A stretch of 64,000 nt of DNA from positions 851,243 through 915,242 of the forward strand of contig CBDFGU010000009.1 in the NCBI GenBank assembly GCA_965247335.1. Reading direction: 5' to 3'. The notes beneath the pieces are model-generated. The model ran no database searches, was not told the origin of the DNA, and saw only the letters and a list, made by a program, of their open reading frames with translations. Positions 31,274 through 41,577 of this stretch are shown here, piece after piece. The translations under genes were made by a program, and so were the position numbers. Numbering within the stretch: the first letter of the stretch is position 1; each line of letters begins with the position of its first letter. This DNA comes from Rickettsiales bacterium (GTDB lineage Bacteria; Pseudomonadota; Alphaproteobacteria; Rickettsiales; UBA3002).

Positions 31274-34200
31274 ATGACCGACTGGCTCGAATCAATCAGC
31301 GCCCACGCCTTCACGCAGGAGGCGACCGCCGTCGGCGACCTCATGCATCGCGTGGCTGCCATCCAGACGTCCGATGCCACTAGCCGCACCCGTGCCACCG
31401 CCCTCATCACCCATATGCGTGCCGCAGGGGCGGGCAACACCATCGAATCCTTCCTGCAATCCTACGGCCTCTCGACCAAGGAAGGCATCGCCATGATGTG
31501 CCTTGCCGAGGCACTCCTGCGCATTCCGGATGCGGCGACCGCCGACGACCTCATCGCCGAGACCTTCACCACCGGCAACTGGAAGCAGCATCTCGGGCAA
31601 AGCGATTCCGCCCTCGTCAATGCCAGCACCTGGGCACTCATGCTCACCGGCTCCGTGCTCGATCTCGACCAGGGCGAGTCCATCAGCGGCTGGTTCGGCG
31701 CGCTCGTCAAGCGCTCGGGCGAACCGGTCATCCGCCAGGCCCTGCGCGCCGGGATGAAATTCCTCGGGCATCAATTCGTCATGGGCGAAACTATCGATGA
31801 TGCCATCGCTCACGCCAAGGCCGACGAAAAAAACGGCTATACCATCTCCTACGACATTCTCGGCGAGGGTGCCCGCACCGACGCCCAGGCCCGCCACTAC
31901 ACCGAATCCTATCTCTCGGGCATCCACGAAATTGCTGCAGCCTCCGCTGCAACAAAATTATTCGATCGCCCCGGTATTTCGGTCAAACTTTCCGCCCTCC
32001 ATCCGCGCTACACCGAAACCCAGCGTGACCGCGTATTCGCCGCACTCCTTCCCCGTCTTAAATCTATTCTTCGCCTCGGTATGCAATGCAACATCGCCGT
32101 TTCGCTCGATGCCGAAGAAGCTAACCGCCTCGAGCTTGAACTCGAGCTTTACCGCACCCTGCTCGGGGATCCTGAGTTTGCCGGTTTCGAAGGCATCGGC
32201 TTCGTCCTCCAAGCTTACCAGAAGCGCGCCGTCCACGTCGCTGAAGCACTTGCCGCGCTGGCTAAACACCTTGACCGCCGCATTCCCATCCGCCTCGTCA
32301 AAGGGGCGTATTGGGATAGCGAGATCAAGCATGCGCAAGTGATGGGCCTGCCCGGCTACCCCGTCTTCACCCGCAAGGAATACACCGATCTTTCCTATCT
32401 CGCCTGCGCCCAAATTTTGCTGGCCAATGCCGCGAACATTTATCCGCAATTCGCCACCCATAACGCACTCACGGTCGCTACCATCGCAACCCTTGCCAAA
32501 GAAAAAAACCTTCACGCAGATACGTTCGAATTCCAGCGTCTGCACGGCATGGGGGAGAGCCTGCACGACCAGCTCGTCGGCCCCTACCGCTCGCGCATCT
32601 ACGCCCCCGTCGGCATGCATAAGGACCTCCTCGCCTACCTCATTCGCCGCCTGCTCGAGAGCGGCGCGAACAGTTCCTTCGTCCACCTCCTGATGGACCG
32701 CGCAACTCCCGTCGATGCCCTCATCGTCAGCCCCATCGATCGCACCCGCGCCTGCAATAATTTGCCCAATCCCGCCATCCCCCTACCACGCGATCTCTAC
32801 GGCCCAACGCGCCAGAATCCGCTAGGCATCGATTTTGGTTATCGCAATCTACGTGAACCATTGCTGCAAGAAGTTGTGTCGTACCTCGCGCGATTAGAAA
32901 ATGTAGCCAGTGCAACGAACGCTGTCGTTTCGCTCCCATTACGGGAGAGGCTAAGTAAGGCGGCGTCAAAAGTGAGCGCAAGCCTCACCACCCTTTTACC
33001 CCGTCCTTCTTCCGCGAAGGGAGAGGACCTGCCTGCTGCTCCAATCGATATCGCTATTGAAGAAATACCCGCCCTTTTTGCTGCAGCAAAAAAAGCCTTT
33101 CCTTTCTGGAATCTAACGCCCGTCGCCATCCGCACTGCCGCCCTTCGCAAGGCTGCCGACCTCCTCGAAGAACGCCGCGCCGAATGCATCAGCCTTTGCA
33201 TCACGGAAGCCAAGAAAACCTATGCCGACGCCATCGCTGAGATCCGCGAGGCGGCCGATTTTTGCCGCTACTATGCCAACGAAGCCGAGCGGATTCTTAC
33301 GCCCCAAACGCTTCCCGGCCCGACCGGTGAAAGCAACCTTCTCACCCTCCACGGCCGTGGCGTCTTTGTCTGCATCTCACCATGGAACTTCCCGCTCGCC
33401 ATCTTCGCCGGGCAGATCGCTGCAGCCCTCGTCACCGGCAATGTTGTGATCGCCAAGCCCGCCGAACAGACGCCGCGCCTTGCCGCATTATGCGTCAAAT
33501 TGCTGCATGAGGCAGGCATCCCGCCGGATATCCTGCAACTCGCCTGTGGAGATGGCGAAACCGCCGGTTCCGCCCTCGTCGCTGCCCTGGAAGTCGCTGG
33601 CGTCTGCTTCACCGGCTCCACCCTTGTCGCCAAACATATCGGTCGCGCCCTCGCTGAAAAGGATGGCCCCCTCGTTCCCTTCATCGCCGAGACTGGCGGT
33701 CTGAATGCGATGATCGTCGACAGTTCCGCCCTGCTTGAACAAGCTTGTGACGACATCATTCAAAGCGCATTCGGTTCCGCCGGCCAGCGCTGCTCGTCAC
33801 TGCGCATGCTGTTCGTACAGGAGGAAGTCGCGCCACTTTTAAAAGACCTTCTCGTCGGCGCCATGGACGAATTGCGCGTTGCCTCACCGCATGAACTTTC
33901 CACCGACATCGGCCCTGTCATCGACCGCGCCGCACAAGCCAACCTCCGCGCTCATATCGACGCTATGGCCCGCATCGCCCGCTGGAGCCATACCATCCCC
34001 GCACCCAACGATGACACTTTCGTCGCCCCGCATCTCTTTGGCCTCGATTCGCCGGACGTGCTGAAAGAGGAAATATTCGGACCTATCCTGCATGTTTTCA
34101 CCTACAAATCGCCGCAACTGAAGGATGTTTTGCAGCAAATTTCCAGTTCCGGTTATGGCCTGACATTCGGACTGCACACCCGTTTACGCAGCAAGATGAA

Positions 34201-34411
34201 CGACATACTCGCGGCCATCCCAGCCGGCAACCGCTACGTCAATCGTACCATGACCGGGGCCGTCGTCGGCGTGCAACCCTTTGGCGGCGAAGGACTTTCC
34301 GGCACCGGCCCCAAGGCCGGCGGCCCGCATTATCTCTTGCGTTTCGTCACCGAACGCACCACCACTATCAATACCACCGCCATCGGCGGCAATGTGGAGC
34401 TGCTGCAATGA
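31274..34411 (+). CDS. putA: bifunctional proline dehydrogenase / L-glutamate gamma-semialdehyde dehydrogenase PutA (no N-terminal DNA-binding domain evident)
   Basis: 1,045 aa. The proline dehydrogenase barrel region has YDILGEGART and VKGAYWD. The ALDH half has ETGGLNAMIVD and the catalytic Cys in FGSAGQRCSSLR. Confidence 0.92.
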   Translation: MTDWLESISAHAFTQEATAVGDLMHRVAAIQTSDATSRTRATALITHMRAAGAGNTIESFLQSYGLSTKEGIAMMCLAEALLRIPDAATADDLIAETFTTGNWKQHLGQSDSALVNASTWALMLTGSVLDLDQGESISGWFGALVKRSGEPVIRQALRAGMKFLGHQFVMGETIDDAIAHAKADEKNGYTISYDILGEGARTDAQARHYTESYLSGIHEIAAASAATKLFDRPGISVKLSALHPRYTETQRDRVFAALLPRLKSILRLGMQCNIAVSLDAEEANRLELELELYRTLLGDPEFAGFEGIGFVLQAYQKRAVHVAEALAALAKHLDRRIPIRLVKGAYWDSEIKHAQVMGLPGYPVFTRKEYTDLSYLACAQILLANAANIYPQFATHNALTVATIATLAKEKNLHADTFEFQRLHGMGESLHDQLVGPYRSRIYAPVGMHKDLLAYLIRRLLESGANSSFVHLLMDRATPVDALIVSPIDRTRACNNLPNPAIPLPRDLYGPTRQNPLGIDFGYRNLREPLLQEVVSYLARLENVASATNAVVSLPLRERLSKAASKVSASLTTLLPRPSSAKGEDLPAAPIDIAIEEIPALFAAAKKAFPFWNLTPVAIRTAALRKAADLLEERRAECISLCITEAKKTYADAIAEIREAADFCRYYANEAERILTPQTLPGPTGESNLLTLHGRGVFVCISPWNFPLAIFAGQIAAALVTGNVVIAKPAEQTPRLAALCVKLLHEAGIPPDILQLACGDGETAGSALVAALEVAGVCFTGSTLVAKHIGRALAEKDGPLVPFIAETGGLNAMIVDSSALLEQACDDIIQSAFGSAGQRCSSLRMLFVQEEVAPLLKDLLVGAMDELRVASPHELSTDIGPVIDRAAQANLRAHIDAMARIARWSHTIPAPNDDTFVAPHLFGLDSPDVLKEEIFGPILHVFTYKSPQLKDVLQQISSSGYGLTFGLHTRLRSKMNDILAAIPAGNRYVNRTMTGAVVGVQPFGGEGLSGTGPKAGGPHYLLRFVTERTTTINTTAIGGNVELLQ

Positions 34412-34671
34412 CCACCAAAGCCAAACTTCAGGTTACCATCGCCAACGCCATCGGCAAGGCGGATTCGAGTTATTTTTTCGAGGATTACGATAAACAGGCC
34501 AAAGCAGTTATCACCGCGCTCGATGCCAAAGGCTTTGTCGTCATGGCCAAGGACCTTCCTGATGAAGTTTGGACCCAGATCGCCAAAGAAATGCGCACCG
34601 GCCGCGTCAAGCCGGAAGAGCATGTAAAGGATGTCGTACAGGTCGCCATGCGATTGTTGGCACTTAAGTAA
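34408..34671 (+). CDS. hypothetical protein (87 aa), start overlaps the putA stop (ATGA)
   Basis: The ORF is in the track. The 4-nt overlap with putA suggests translational coupling. No family was recognised. Confidence 0.45.
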   Translation: MTTKAKLQVTIANAIGKADSSYFFEDYDKQAKAVITALDAKGFVVMAKDLPDEVWTQIAKEMRTGRVKPEEHVKDVVQVAMRLLALK

Positions 34672-34676
34672 TCGCT

Positions 34677-34808
34677 ATGCATCAGATAATCACACTTTCA
34701 TTCGTACTACTCATTCTCGCCGCCTGTAGCCGTGAGGAAGGGCAAGCCAGCATCCGCAGCTGGTGCATCGATAATACCGAGATCTGCAACCCGAATGCGG
34801 TGAAGTAA
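34677..34808 (+). CDS. possible small lipoprotein (43 aa)
   Basis: Own translation gives MHQIITLSFVLLILAAC|SREEGQASIRSWCIDNTEICNPNAVK, with a lipobox-like LAAC and two further Cys. It is below the ORF-track length cutoff. Confidence 0.35.
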   Translation: MHQIITLSFVLLILAACSREEGQASIRSWCIDNTEICNPNAVK

Positions 34809-34812
34809 GCGA

Positions 34813-36201
34813 CTAGATATGAATCGGGCGATTTTCAACCGCCAACGCGGCTTCCTTGACCGCCTCATTATACGTCGGGTGCGCGTGGCACGTCCGCGCG
34901 ATGTCCTCCGCCGAGGCCCCGAACTCCATCGCGACGCAGGCTTCATGGATCATGTTGCCTGCCTGCGGCCCGAGGATATGCACGCCCAGCACCTCATCCG
35001 TCTTCGCATCGGCGATGATCTTCACCAGCCCGTCCGTCTGCCCCGTCGCCCGCCCACGCGAGTTGGCGAGGAATGGAAACTTACCGACTTTATAGGCAAC
35101 ACCTGCGGTCTTTAATTCTTCCTCCATCTTCCCCACTGTGGCCAGTTCTGGATGCGTATAGATAACGCCCGGGATGGTGTTGTAATTCACATGCGGTTTC
35201 TGGCCCGCGATGGTCTCCATCACCGCCATGCCTTCATCCTCGGCTTTGTGCGCCAGCATTGGTCCTGCGATGACGTCACCGATGGCATAGATGCCCGGCA
35301 CCTTGGTCTGCCAATGCGCATCCGTCTCAACCTGCCCACGCTTATTCACGGCCAGGCCGACATTCTCCAGCCCCAGTTTATCCGTATAGGCCCGGCGCCC
35401 CACCGCCAACAACACGATATCGGCTTTGAGCGTCTCTGCCGCACCGCCCGCCGCCGGCTCGAACGTCAGCTCGACGCCGTCCTTGCCGGTTTTTGCGCCC
35501 GTCACCTTCTGACCAAGCTTGAATTCGAGGCCCTGCTTTTCGAGCATGCGCTGGAACTGTTTTGCCATCTCCGCGTCGATGCCTGGCGTGATGCGTTCGA
35601 GATATTCAATGACAGTTACCTTGCTGCCCAGGCGCTTCCACACCGAACCCAATTCGAGGCCGATCACCCCCGCGCCGATGACGACCAGATGCTTCGGCAC
35701 TTCCTTGAGTTCCAGCGCACCGGTGCTGCTCACGATCAGTTTTTCATCCACCACCACATTCGGCAGCGGCGATACTTCCGACCCTGTCGCGATGACGATG
35801 TTCTTCGTCGCGTATTTCGTGCCCTCGACCGTTACTTCGCCTTTCGCCGTAATGGTTCCATGGCCCTTGATCCACGTCACCTTGTTCTTCTTGAACAGGC
35901 CCTCGATGCCCTTGGTCAGTTTATCGACCACGTCGAGCTTGCGCGCCATCATGGTGGCAAGGTTCAGCTTCACCGTCGCCTCGATGCCGTGCGCGGCGAA
36001 ATGCTGGTTCGCGTCATCGAATTTTTCGGAGCTTTCAAGCAGCGCCTTCGAGGGAATGCAGCCCACGTTCAAACACGTGCCGCCAAGGCGTTCGTATTTC
36101 TCGACGCACGCCGTCTTTAACCCTAATTGCGCCGCGCGTATTGCCGCAACATATCCGCCCGGGCCACTGCCGATCACGATCACATCAAATTGCTCAGCCA
36201 T
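34813..36201 (-). CDS. lpdA: dihydrolipoyl dehydrogenase (E3 component)
   Basis: The ATG at 36201 gives [27 protein letters not shown]...[13 protein letters not shown] (redox-active disulfide), 462 aa. The longer ORF extending to 36363 is an upstream extension. Confidence 0.93.
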   Translation of the reverse strand: MAEQFDVIVIGSGPGGYVAAIRAAQLGLKTACVEKYERLGGTCLNVGCIPSKALLESSEKFDDANQHFAAHGIEATVKLNLATMMARKLDVVDKLTKGIEGLFKKNKVTWIKGHGTITAKGEVTVEGTKYATKNIVIATGSEVSPLPNVVVDEKLIVSSTGALELKEVPKHLVVIGAGVIGLELGSVWKRLGSKVTVIEYLERITPGIDAEMAKQFQRMLEKQGLEFKLGQKVTGAKTGKDGVELTFEPAAGGAAETLKADIVLLAVGRRAYTDKLGLENVGLAVNKRGQVETDAHWQTKVPGIYAIGDVIAGPMLAHKAEDEGMAVMETIAGQKPHVNYNTIPGVIYTHPELATVGKMEEELKTAGVAYKVGKFPFLANSRGRATGQTDGLVKIIADAKTDEVLGVHILGPQAGNMIHEACVAMEFGASAEDIARTCHAHPTYNEAVKEAALAVENRPIHI

Positions 36202-36539
36202 TAAATCTTCTCCACTGTACACGCCGTGCCGTAGGCCAGCACTTCCGTTAATCCCGCCATCAATTCCGTCGCATCGTAGCGAAAGCCGATGACCGCGTTC
36301 GCCCCACGCGCCGCCGCATGTTCGTCCATCAGGTCGTACGCATGCTGGCGCGCTGTTTCGCACATACTGCTATATAAAACATTGTTGCCGCCGAACAAGG
36401 TCATGAACGACGCCACGAAATTGCCGCCCATCCCGCGCGAGCGCACGATGATGCCGCGGACGATCCCGAGCGATTCGACGATGCGGTAGCCCGGCAACTC
36501 GAAATTCGTCGTCACCATTCCGGGCGCAATATTGTTCAT
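36201..36539 (-). CDS. ybjQ: YbjQ/UPF0145-family protein
   Basis: 112 aa. It has [26 protein letters not shown]...FRYDATEL...VLAYGTA. Its stop overlaps the lpdA start by 1 nt, and its start overlaps the upstream stop (ATGA). Confidence 0.75.
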   Translation of the reverse strand: MNNIAPGMVTTNFELPGYRIVESLGIVRGIIVRSRGMGGNFVASFMTLFGGNNVLYSSMCETARQHAYDLMDEHAAARGANAVIGFRYDATELMAGLTEVLAYGTACTVEKI

Positions 36540-37096
36540 CGTGCAGCCTCGATCTGATTAAAGGTCAAAAGATACTTCGTTCCATTAGCGGCGGGTTTAT
36601 CGGCCTCTGAAAGTGCGGCTGCAAACGATACACCCTGTGGGCGCACGATTTCGACATAACGAAGTGTGGTGTCGCCTTGCCGTATAGAGGGCTTTGGTTT
36701 TAGCTCACCTTGAAACACTTTGGCGATGCCGTTGACCATTAGATAAAACTCTTCGCCCATGCCGTCTTTACTTGCATCGCTGATCTGCATGCTGCAGATG
36801 CCGCGTGTATCATAGACGATCATAAAAGGCTGCTTGGTAGCCGGCGACTTCATGACCCATACGTTATCTTTCTGAGTAGGAAGCGCTACTAGGCTGGCCG
36901 CCTTATCCGCCGGAACGCGCGTTGCGACTTTAATTTTTTCAAGCTTTTCCATCTCTGCAGTGATTTTTGGTAACTGCGCCAAACTAGTCACGCAAATATT
37001 GCCGAATAGCGTCATCGCTTCCTTGGCTTCACCGTCACTGGCCATCGCTTGAAGCGGCAGCCACAGCGCTAGGAATACGATTAAGCCAGCTCGCAT
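36536..37096 (-). CDS. hypothetical exported protein (186 aa)
   Basis: It has a signal peptide, MRAGLIVFLALWLPLQAMA|SD. Its ATG abuts the sucB stop (TAA ATG). The region is visibly AT-richer than its flanks. No family was recognised. Confidence 0.5.
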   Translation of the reverse strand: MRAGLIVFLALWLPLQAMASDGEAKEAMTLFGNICVTSLAQLPKITAEMEKLEKIKVATRVPADKAASLVALPTQKDNVWVMKSPATKQPFMIVYDTRGICSMQISDASKDGMGEEFYLMVNGIAKVFQGELKPKPSIRQGDTTLRYVEIVRPQGVSFAAALSEADKPAANGTKYLLTFNQIEAAR

Positions 37097-38371
37097 TTAC
37101 AGCCCCAGCAACAACCGGCGCGGATCCTCGAGGGCCTGCTTCACCTTCACGAGGAAGGTCACGGATTCCGAGCCGTCGATGATGCGGTGATCGTAGCTCA
37201 TCGCGAGATACATCATCGGGCGGATGACGATCTGGCCATTCACCACCACTGGGCGTTCCATCGTCTTATGCATGCCGAGGATCGCCGATTGCGGCGGGTT
37301 GATGATTGGTGTCGACATCAGCGAACCGTAGGTGCCGCCATTGCTGATCGTATACGTACCGCCCGTCATGTCCTTCATGCTCAAGCTGCCGTCGCGCGCT
37401 TTCTTGGCGAAATCGGCAATGTCCTGCTCGATCTGGCCGAGGGTCTTCTTATCGCAATCGCGCACCACCGGTACCACCAGCCCATTCGGGCCGCCGACCG
37501 CCACACCGATATCATAGTAATTCTTGTAGACGACCTCATCGCCCGAGATTTCCGCATTCACCGCCGGAATCTGTTTCAACGCATTCACCGCCGCCTTTAC
37601 GAAGAAGCTCATGAAGCCCAGTTTGATGCCGTGCTTCTTCTCGAACTCTTCCTTGTATTCGTTGCGCAGCGCCATGATGTTGGTCATGTCCACTTCGTTG
37701 AATGTGGTCAGGATCGCCGCTGTATTCTGCGACTCTTTCAACCGGCGCGCGATGGTCTGGCGCAATTTGCTCATCTTCACGCGTTCTTCGCGCGGGCCGG
37801 CTGCCGGAGCTGCCGCGAAGCCGTCGCCACCCTCGATCGCATTCAGCACATCGCCTTTTTTCAGGCGGCCGTCCTTGCCGGTACCTTCGATGCTGCCCGC
37901 TTTCACCTGCGGGTTCTCCGCCAGCATTTTTTGCACGGCCGGACCACTCTTCTCGACACCCGCTTCCTGCATCTTGCTTTCGTACTGGTTTTTCTCCGGC
38001 GAAAGTTTCGCTACTTCACTTTGCGCACTTTCTGCCGGTTTTGCTGCCGCTTTCGGCTCTTCTTTTGCCGCCGGTTTTTCCTCTTTCTTCTCTTCTTTCT
38101 TCTCGCCCGCTGGCGCCGCTTTTCCGCCCGCAGCACCCATTTCGATCTTGCCGAGTGTCGCGCCGACCTCGACCGTCGCGCCTTGTTTCACGGTTTGCTC
38201 TTTCAGCACGCCCGCTGACGGAGCGTTGACCTCGACCGTCACTTTGTCCGTCTCAAGCTCCACCAGCGGCTCATCGGCTTTCACCGTATCGCCCACCTGC
38301 TTGAACCATTTCGCCACCGTCGCTTCCGTAACGGATTCACCGAGGGTCGGAACCGTAATTTCACCGGCCAT
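37097..38371 (-). CDS. sucB: dihydrolipoyllysine-residue succinyltransferase (E2 of 2-oxoglutarate dehydrogenase)
   Basis: 424 aa. It has a lipoyl domain ([13 protein letters not shown]), an Ala/Pro/Lys linker, and a catalytic domain with the DHRIIDG motif. Confidence 0.93.
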   Translation of the reverse strand: MAGEITVPTLGESVTEATVAKWFKQVGDTVKADEPLVELETDKVTVEVNAPSAGVLKEQTVKQGATVEVGATLGKIEMGAAGGKAAPAGEKKEEKKEEKPAAKEEPKAAAKPAESAQSEVAKLSPEKNQYESKMQEAGVEKSGPAVQKMLAENPQVKAGSIEGTGKDGRLKKGDVLNAIEGGDGFAAAPAAGPREERVKMSKLRQTIARRLKESQNTAAILTTFNEVDMTNIMALRNEYKEEFEKKHGIKLGFMSFFVKAAVNALKQIPAVNAEISGDEVVYKNYYDIGVAVGGPNGLVVPVVRDCDKKTLGQIEQDIADFAKKARDGSLSMKDMTGGTYTISNGGTYGSLMSTPIINPPQSAILGMHKTMERPVVVNGQIVIRPMMYLAMSYDHRIIDGSESVTFLVKVKQALEDPRRLLLGL

Positions 38372-38380
38372 AAACTTCTC

Positions 38381-41293
38381 CTATGCTTTCTTTTTCTGTT
38401 TTGCCGTGTCGCTGGCCAGCGTCATCGCCGCCTCGATTACTGCCGTTTGCGCTTTCGTATGCAGCTTCATATACCCTTCCGCCGGGCTCGCCATTTCCGG
38501 GCGGCCGACATACTGGATTCGGTTCGTTGCCCGTCCTGTCGCGTCCATCACCTCGCCGATGCGTGGGCCCATGAAGCTCCATGCACCGGCATTCTTCGGC
38601 TCTTCCTGAACCCATGCCACCTGGGCGTTGGGATATTTCTTGAGCGCGGTTTCGATCTCGTTCGCCGGGAATGGATAGAACTGCTCGCAGCGCACGATGG
38701 CGATGTCCGCGATCTTCTTTTCGCGACGCGATTCGAGCAGATCGTAATAGACCTTGCCGCTACAGAAGATGACGCGTTTCACCTCCGCATCCTTGCCGAT
38801 CGTATCGATCTCCGGGATCACCCGCATGAAGCGCGTACCCGTCGCGAAATCCGCGAGATCCGACACGGCGAGCTTATGCCTTAACAGCGATTTCGGCGCC
38901 ATCACGATGAGCGGCTTGCGGAACTTACGGCCGATCAACTGACGGCGCAATGCATGGAACATATTCGCCGGGGTGGTGATATTCACCACCTGCATATTGT
39001 CCTCGCCGCACAGTTGGAGGAAGCGTTCCAATCGCGCGCTGCTATGCTCCGGCCCCTGCCCCTCATAACCATGCGGCAGCAGCATCACGAGGCCGCACAT
39101 GCGCAGCCATTTATTCTCGCCGCTCGAAATGAACTGGTCGATCACCATCTGCGCGCCGTTGGCGAAATCGCCGAACTGGCCTTCCCACAGCGTCAGTGCA
39201 CCGGGTTCCGCCAGCGAATAGCCATACTCGAAACCAAGCACCGCGAGTTCACTCAGCGATGAATCATGCACCTCGTAGCGCGCCTGTCCATCCGCCACGT
39301 TATTGAGTGGCACATAGCGCTCTTCATTTTCCTGGTCGACCCACACCGAGTTGCGGTGCGAGAACGTCCCGCGGCCCGAATCCTGCCCCGTCAAGCGCAC
39401 TGGCACACCTTCCGCCACCAGCGACGCGAAGGCCAGCGCCTCGCCTGTACCCCAGTCGAGGCCGGTGCCGCTCGCCAGCATCTCTTCCTTGCGCTTCAAA
39501 ATACGCTCGAGCTGACGGATGATGTTAAAGCCTTCCGGCACCTTGGTCAGGCCCGCGCCGAGCTTCACCAGTTTCTTGGTATCGACGCCCGTATCCGGTT
39601 CCTTGCCAAGGCCTGATTCCGCTTTGTTAAAACCGGTCCATTTCCCTTCGAGCCAGTTCGCCTTGTTCGGCTTGAACACCTTGCCCGCATCGTATTCCTT
39701 GTTGAAATGTTCGTGCAGCGCTTCGGCCATCTGCGCGATCTCGGCCTCGGTCATCACGCCTTCCTCGACGAGGCGTTTGCCGTACACATGGGCGGGCAGC
39801 ACCTTCTTGCTGATGATCTTGTACATCAGCGGCTGCGTGTACATCGGCTCGTCGCCCTCGTTGTGGCCGTATTTGCGGTAGCAGATGATATCGACCACCG
39901 AATCGCGCCCAAATTCCTGCCGGAATTCCGTCGCCAGCTGGCAGCAGAAGACCACGGCTTCCGGGTCATCCCCGTTGCAATGGAAGATCGGCGCCTGGAT
40001 CATTTTCGCGACGTCCGTCGGATACGGCGTAAAGCGTGAATATTTCGGCGCGGTGGTGAAGCCGATCTGGTTGTTGACGACGACATGCACCGTACCGCCC
40101 GTGCGGTAGCCGCGCAGTTCGGCAAGCGACAACGTCTCCGGCACCGAGCCTTGACCGGCGAATGCCGCATCGCCGTGCAGCGTCAGTGCCATCACTTTTT
40201 TACGCTCCGTATCGTTATGCTGGTCCTGCTTTGCCCGCACTTTGCCGACGACGACCGGGTTCACGATTTCCAGGTGTGACGGGTTCGCGGTCAGCGACAG
40301 ATGCATTGATTTATCGGTCGCCATCACGCGATCATGGCTCGCGCCCAAATGGTATTTCACATCGCCCGAGCTATCGATGCTGTCCGGGAAATCGAGGTTG
40401 CCGTTGAAGATCGAGAACAGCTCCGAATATGGCTTTCCCATGATGCTCGTCAGCACGTTCATGCGGCCGCGGTGAGGCATGCCGATGACGATCTCATCGA
40501 CCCCAATTTTCGATGCCGTTTCCAAAATTGCGATCAATCCCGGCACCATCGCATCGCCACCTTGAATGGAGAAGCGTTTCATGCCGGTATATTTCACCTG
40601 GACGAATTCCTCGAACCCCTCGACTTCGAGCAAGCTGCCGAGGATGGATTTTTTTTCTTCCGTCGAGAATTTCGGCTTGCCCGCCGCTTCTTCCATCCGT
40701 TGCTGCACCCATTGACGCTGGGCAGGGTCTTGGATATGCATAAACTCGACGCCGTAACTGCCTGAATAGGTCGCCTGCAAAATGGCGAGGATTTCGCTTA
40801 ACGTCGCCCGCTCCTTGCCGAGATTGCCGCCGAGATAAATGCTGCGCGCGTTATCCGCGTCCGTGAAGCCATAGGTCTTTGGATCGAGGTCGGTGTGCAT
40901 TTTCGGCACTTCGATCCCGAGCGGATCGAGCGTCGCCATCAGGTGCCCGCGGACGCGATACGCCCGAATCAGCGTCGCCGCCTGCAGCGCCCGCAGGGCT
41001 TCCTGCTGGACGGCCGCGCCGTCCAGCATTTTTTTATCGGTATCGCCGCCTTTGGCAGCATTTTTCATCAAGACAACGGGCGTTACTGCGTCAGGGTCCG
41101 GCTGGCCGATGACGCCTTTACCCGTGCTGTCCCATGCCACCTCATAGGACGCCGAATCGCCCAAGCTCGCGAAGAAGCGCTGCCAGCTGGCATCGACACT
41201 CAACGGGTCGGTCAGATACCGGTCGTAAAGCTCGGCAATGAAGGTGGCATTTGCCCCGTAAAGATAAGAGTTTTCAAGAAAATCCTGTGCCAT
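38381..41293 (-). CDS. sucA: 2-oxoglutarate dehydrogenase E1 component
   Basis: 970 aa. The N-terminus is MAQDFLENSYLYGANATFIAELYDRY, and the protein has a ThDP-binding region and a transketolase-like C-terminal half. Confidence 0.93.
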   Translation of the reverse strand: MAQDFLENSYLYGANATFIAELYDRYLTDPLSVDASWQRFFASLGDSASYEVAWDSTGKGVIGQPDPDAVTPVVLMKNAAKGGDTDKKMLDGAAVQQEALRALQAATLIRAYRVRGHLMATLDPLGIEVPKMHTDLDPKTYGFTDADNARSIYLGGNLGKERATLSEILAILQATYSGSYGVEFMHIQDPAQRQWVQQRMEEAAGKPKFSTEEKKSILGSLLEVEGFEEFVQVKYTGMKRFSIQGGDAMVPGLIAILETASKIGVDEIVIGMPHRGRMNVLTSIMGKPYSELFSIFNGNLDFPDSIDSSGDVKYHLGASHDRVMATDKSMHLSLTANPSHLEIVNPVVVGKVRAKQDQHNDTERKKVMALTLHGDAAFAGQGSVPETLSLAELRGYRTGGTVHVVVNNQIGFTTAPKYSRFTPYPTDVAKMIQAPIFHCNGDDPEAVVFCCQLATEFRQEFGRDSVVDIICYRKYGHNEGDEPMYTQPLMYKIISKKVLPAHVYGKRLVEEGVMTEAEIAQMAEALHEHFNKEYDAGKVFKPNKANWLEGKWTGFNKAESGLGKEPDTGVDTKKLVKLGAGLTKVPEGFNIIRQLERILKRKEEMLASGTGLDWGTGEALAFASLVAEGVPVRLTGQDSGRGTFSHRNSVWVDQENEERYVPLNNVADGQARYEVHDSSLSELAVLGFEYGYSLAEPGALTLWEGQFGDFANGAQMVIDQFISSGENKWLRMCGLVMLLPHGYEGQGPEHSSARLERFLQLCGEDNMQVVNITTPANMFHALRRQLIGRKFRKPLIVMAPKSLLRHKLAVSDLADFATGTRFMRVIPEIDTIGKDAEVKRVIFCSGKVYYDLLESRREKKIADIAIVRCEQFYPFPANEIETALKKYPNAQVAWVQEEPKNAGAWSFMGPRIGEVMDATGRATNRIQYVGRPEMASPAEGYMKLHTKAQTAVIEAAMTLASDTAKQKKKA

Positions 41294-41347
41294 GACGAAC
41301 CTGCGAAGGGTGTGTTGTTTTGCATTTTCTTATGCCTCCAGCGGGCC

Positions 41348-41370
41348 ATTTGCAAGCGCAACTTGCAAAT
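41348..41370. promoter_or_regulatory. perfect 9-bp inverted repeat (ATTTGCAAG-N5-CTTGCAAAT) upstream of sucA
   Basis: It is seen directly in the sequence, 55-77 nt upstream of the sucA ATG, with no adjacent T-run. It is either an operator-like palindrome or an intercistronic RNA hairpin. Confidence 0.25.
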
Positions 41371-41452
41371 TGGTTGACAGAGTCAAATAGTCACTTAAAA
41401 ATCGTTTAATGCGCTTCATTCTTTTCTCTAAAAATGAACAGGCACGCCAATA

Positions 41453-41571
41453 GCAGGCGTCAAAACGGATGCAGTGCTAGGTGTCGTCTGCGCAACGAGG
41501 AAGTGTAGCAGCGCTACATGACCGAAGTGAGCACAGGCGATGCCGACGCAATGCGCCGTTTTCACGCCTGC
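41453..41571. repeat. 119-bp MITE-like / hairpin element in the sucD-sucA spacer
   Basis: Its terminal inverted repeats, gcaggcgtcaaaacgg (41453..41468) and ccgttttcacgcctgc (41556..41571), are complementary at 15 of 16 positions. It also has an internal tgtagc/gctaca hairpin. Confidence 0.45.
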
Positions 41572-41577
41572 GGAAAG

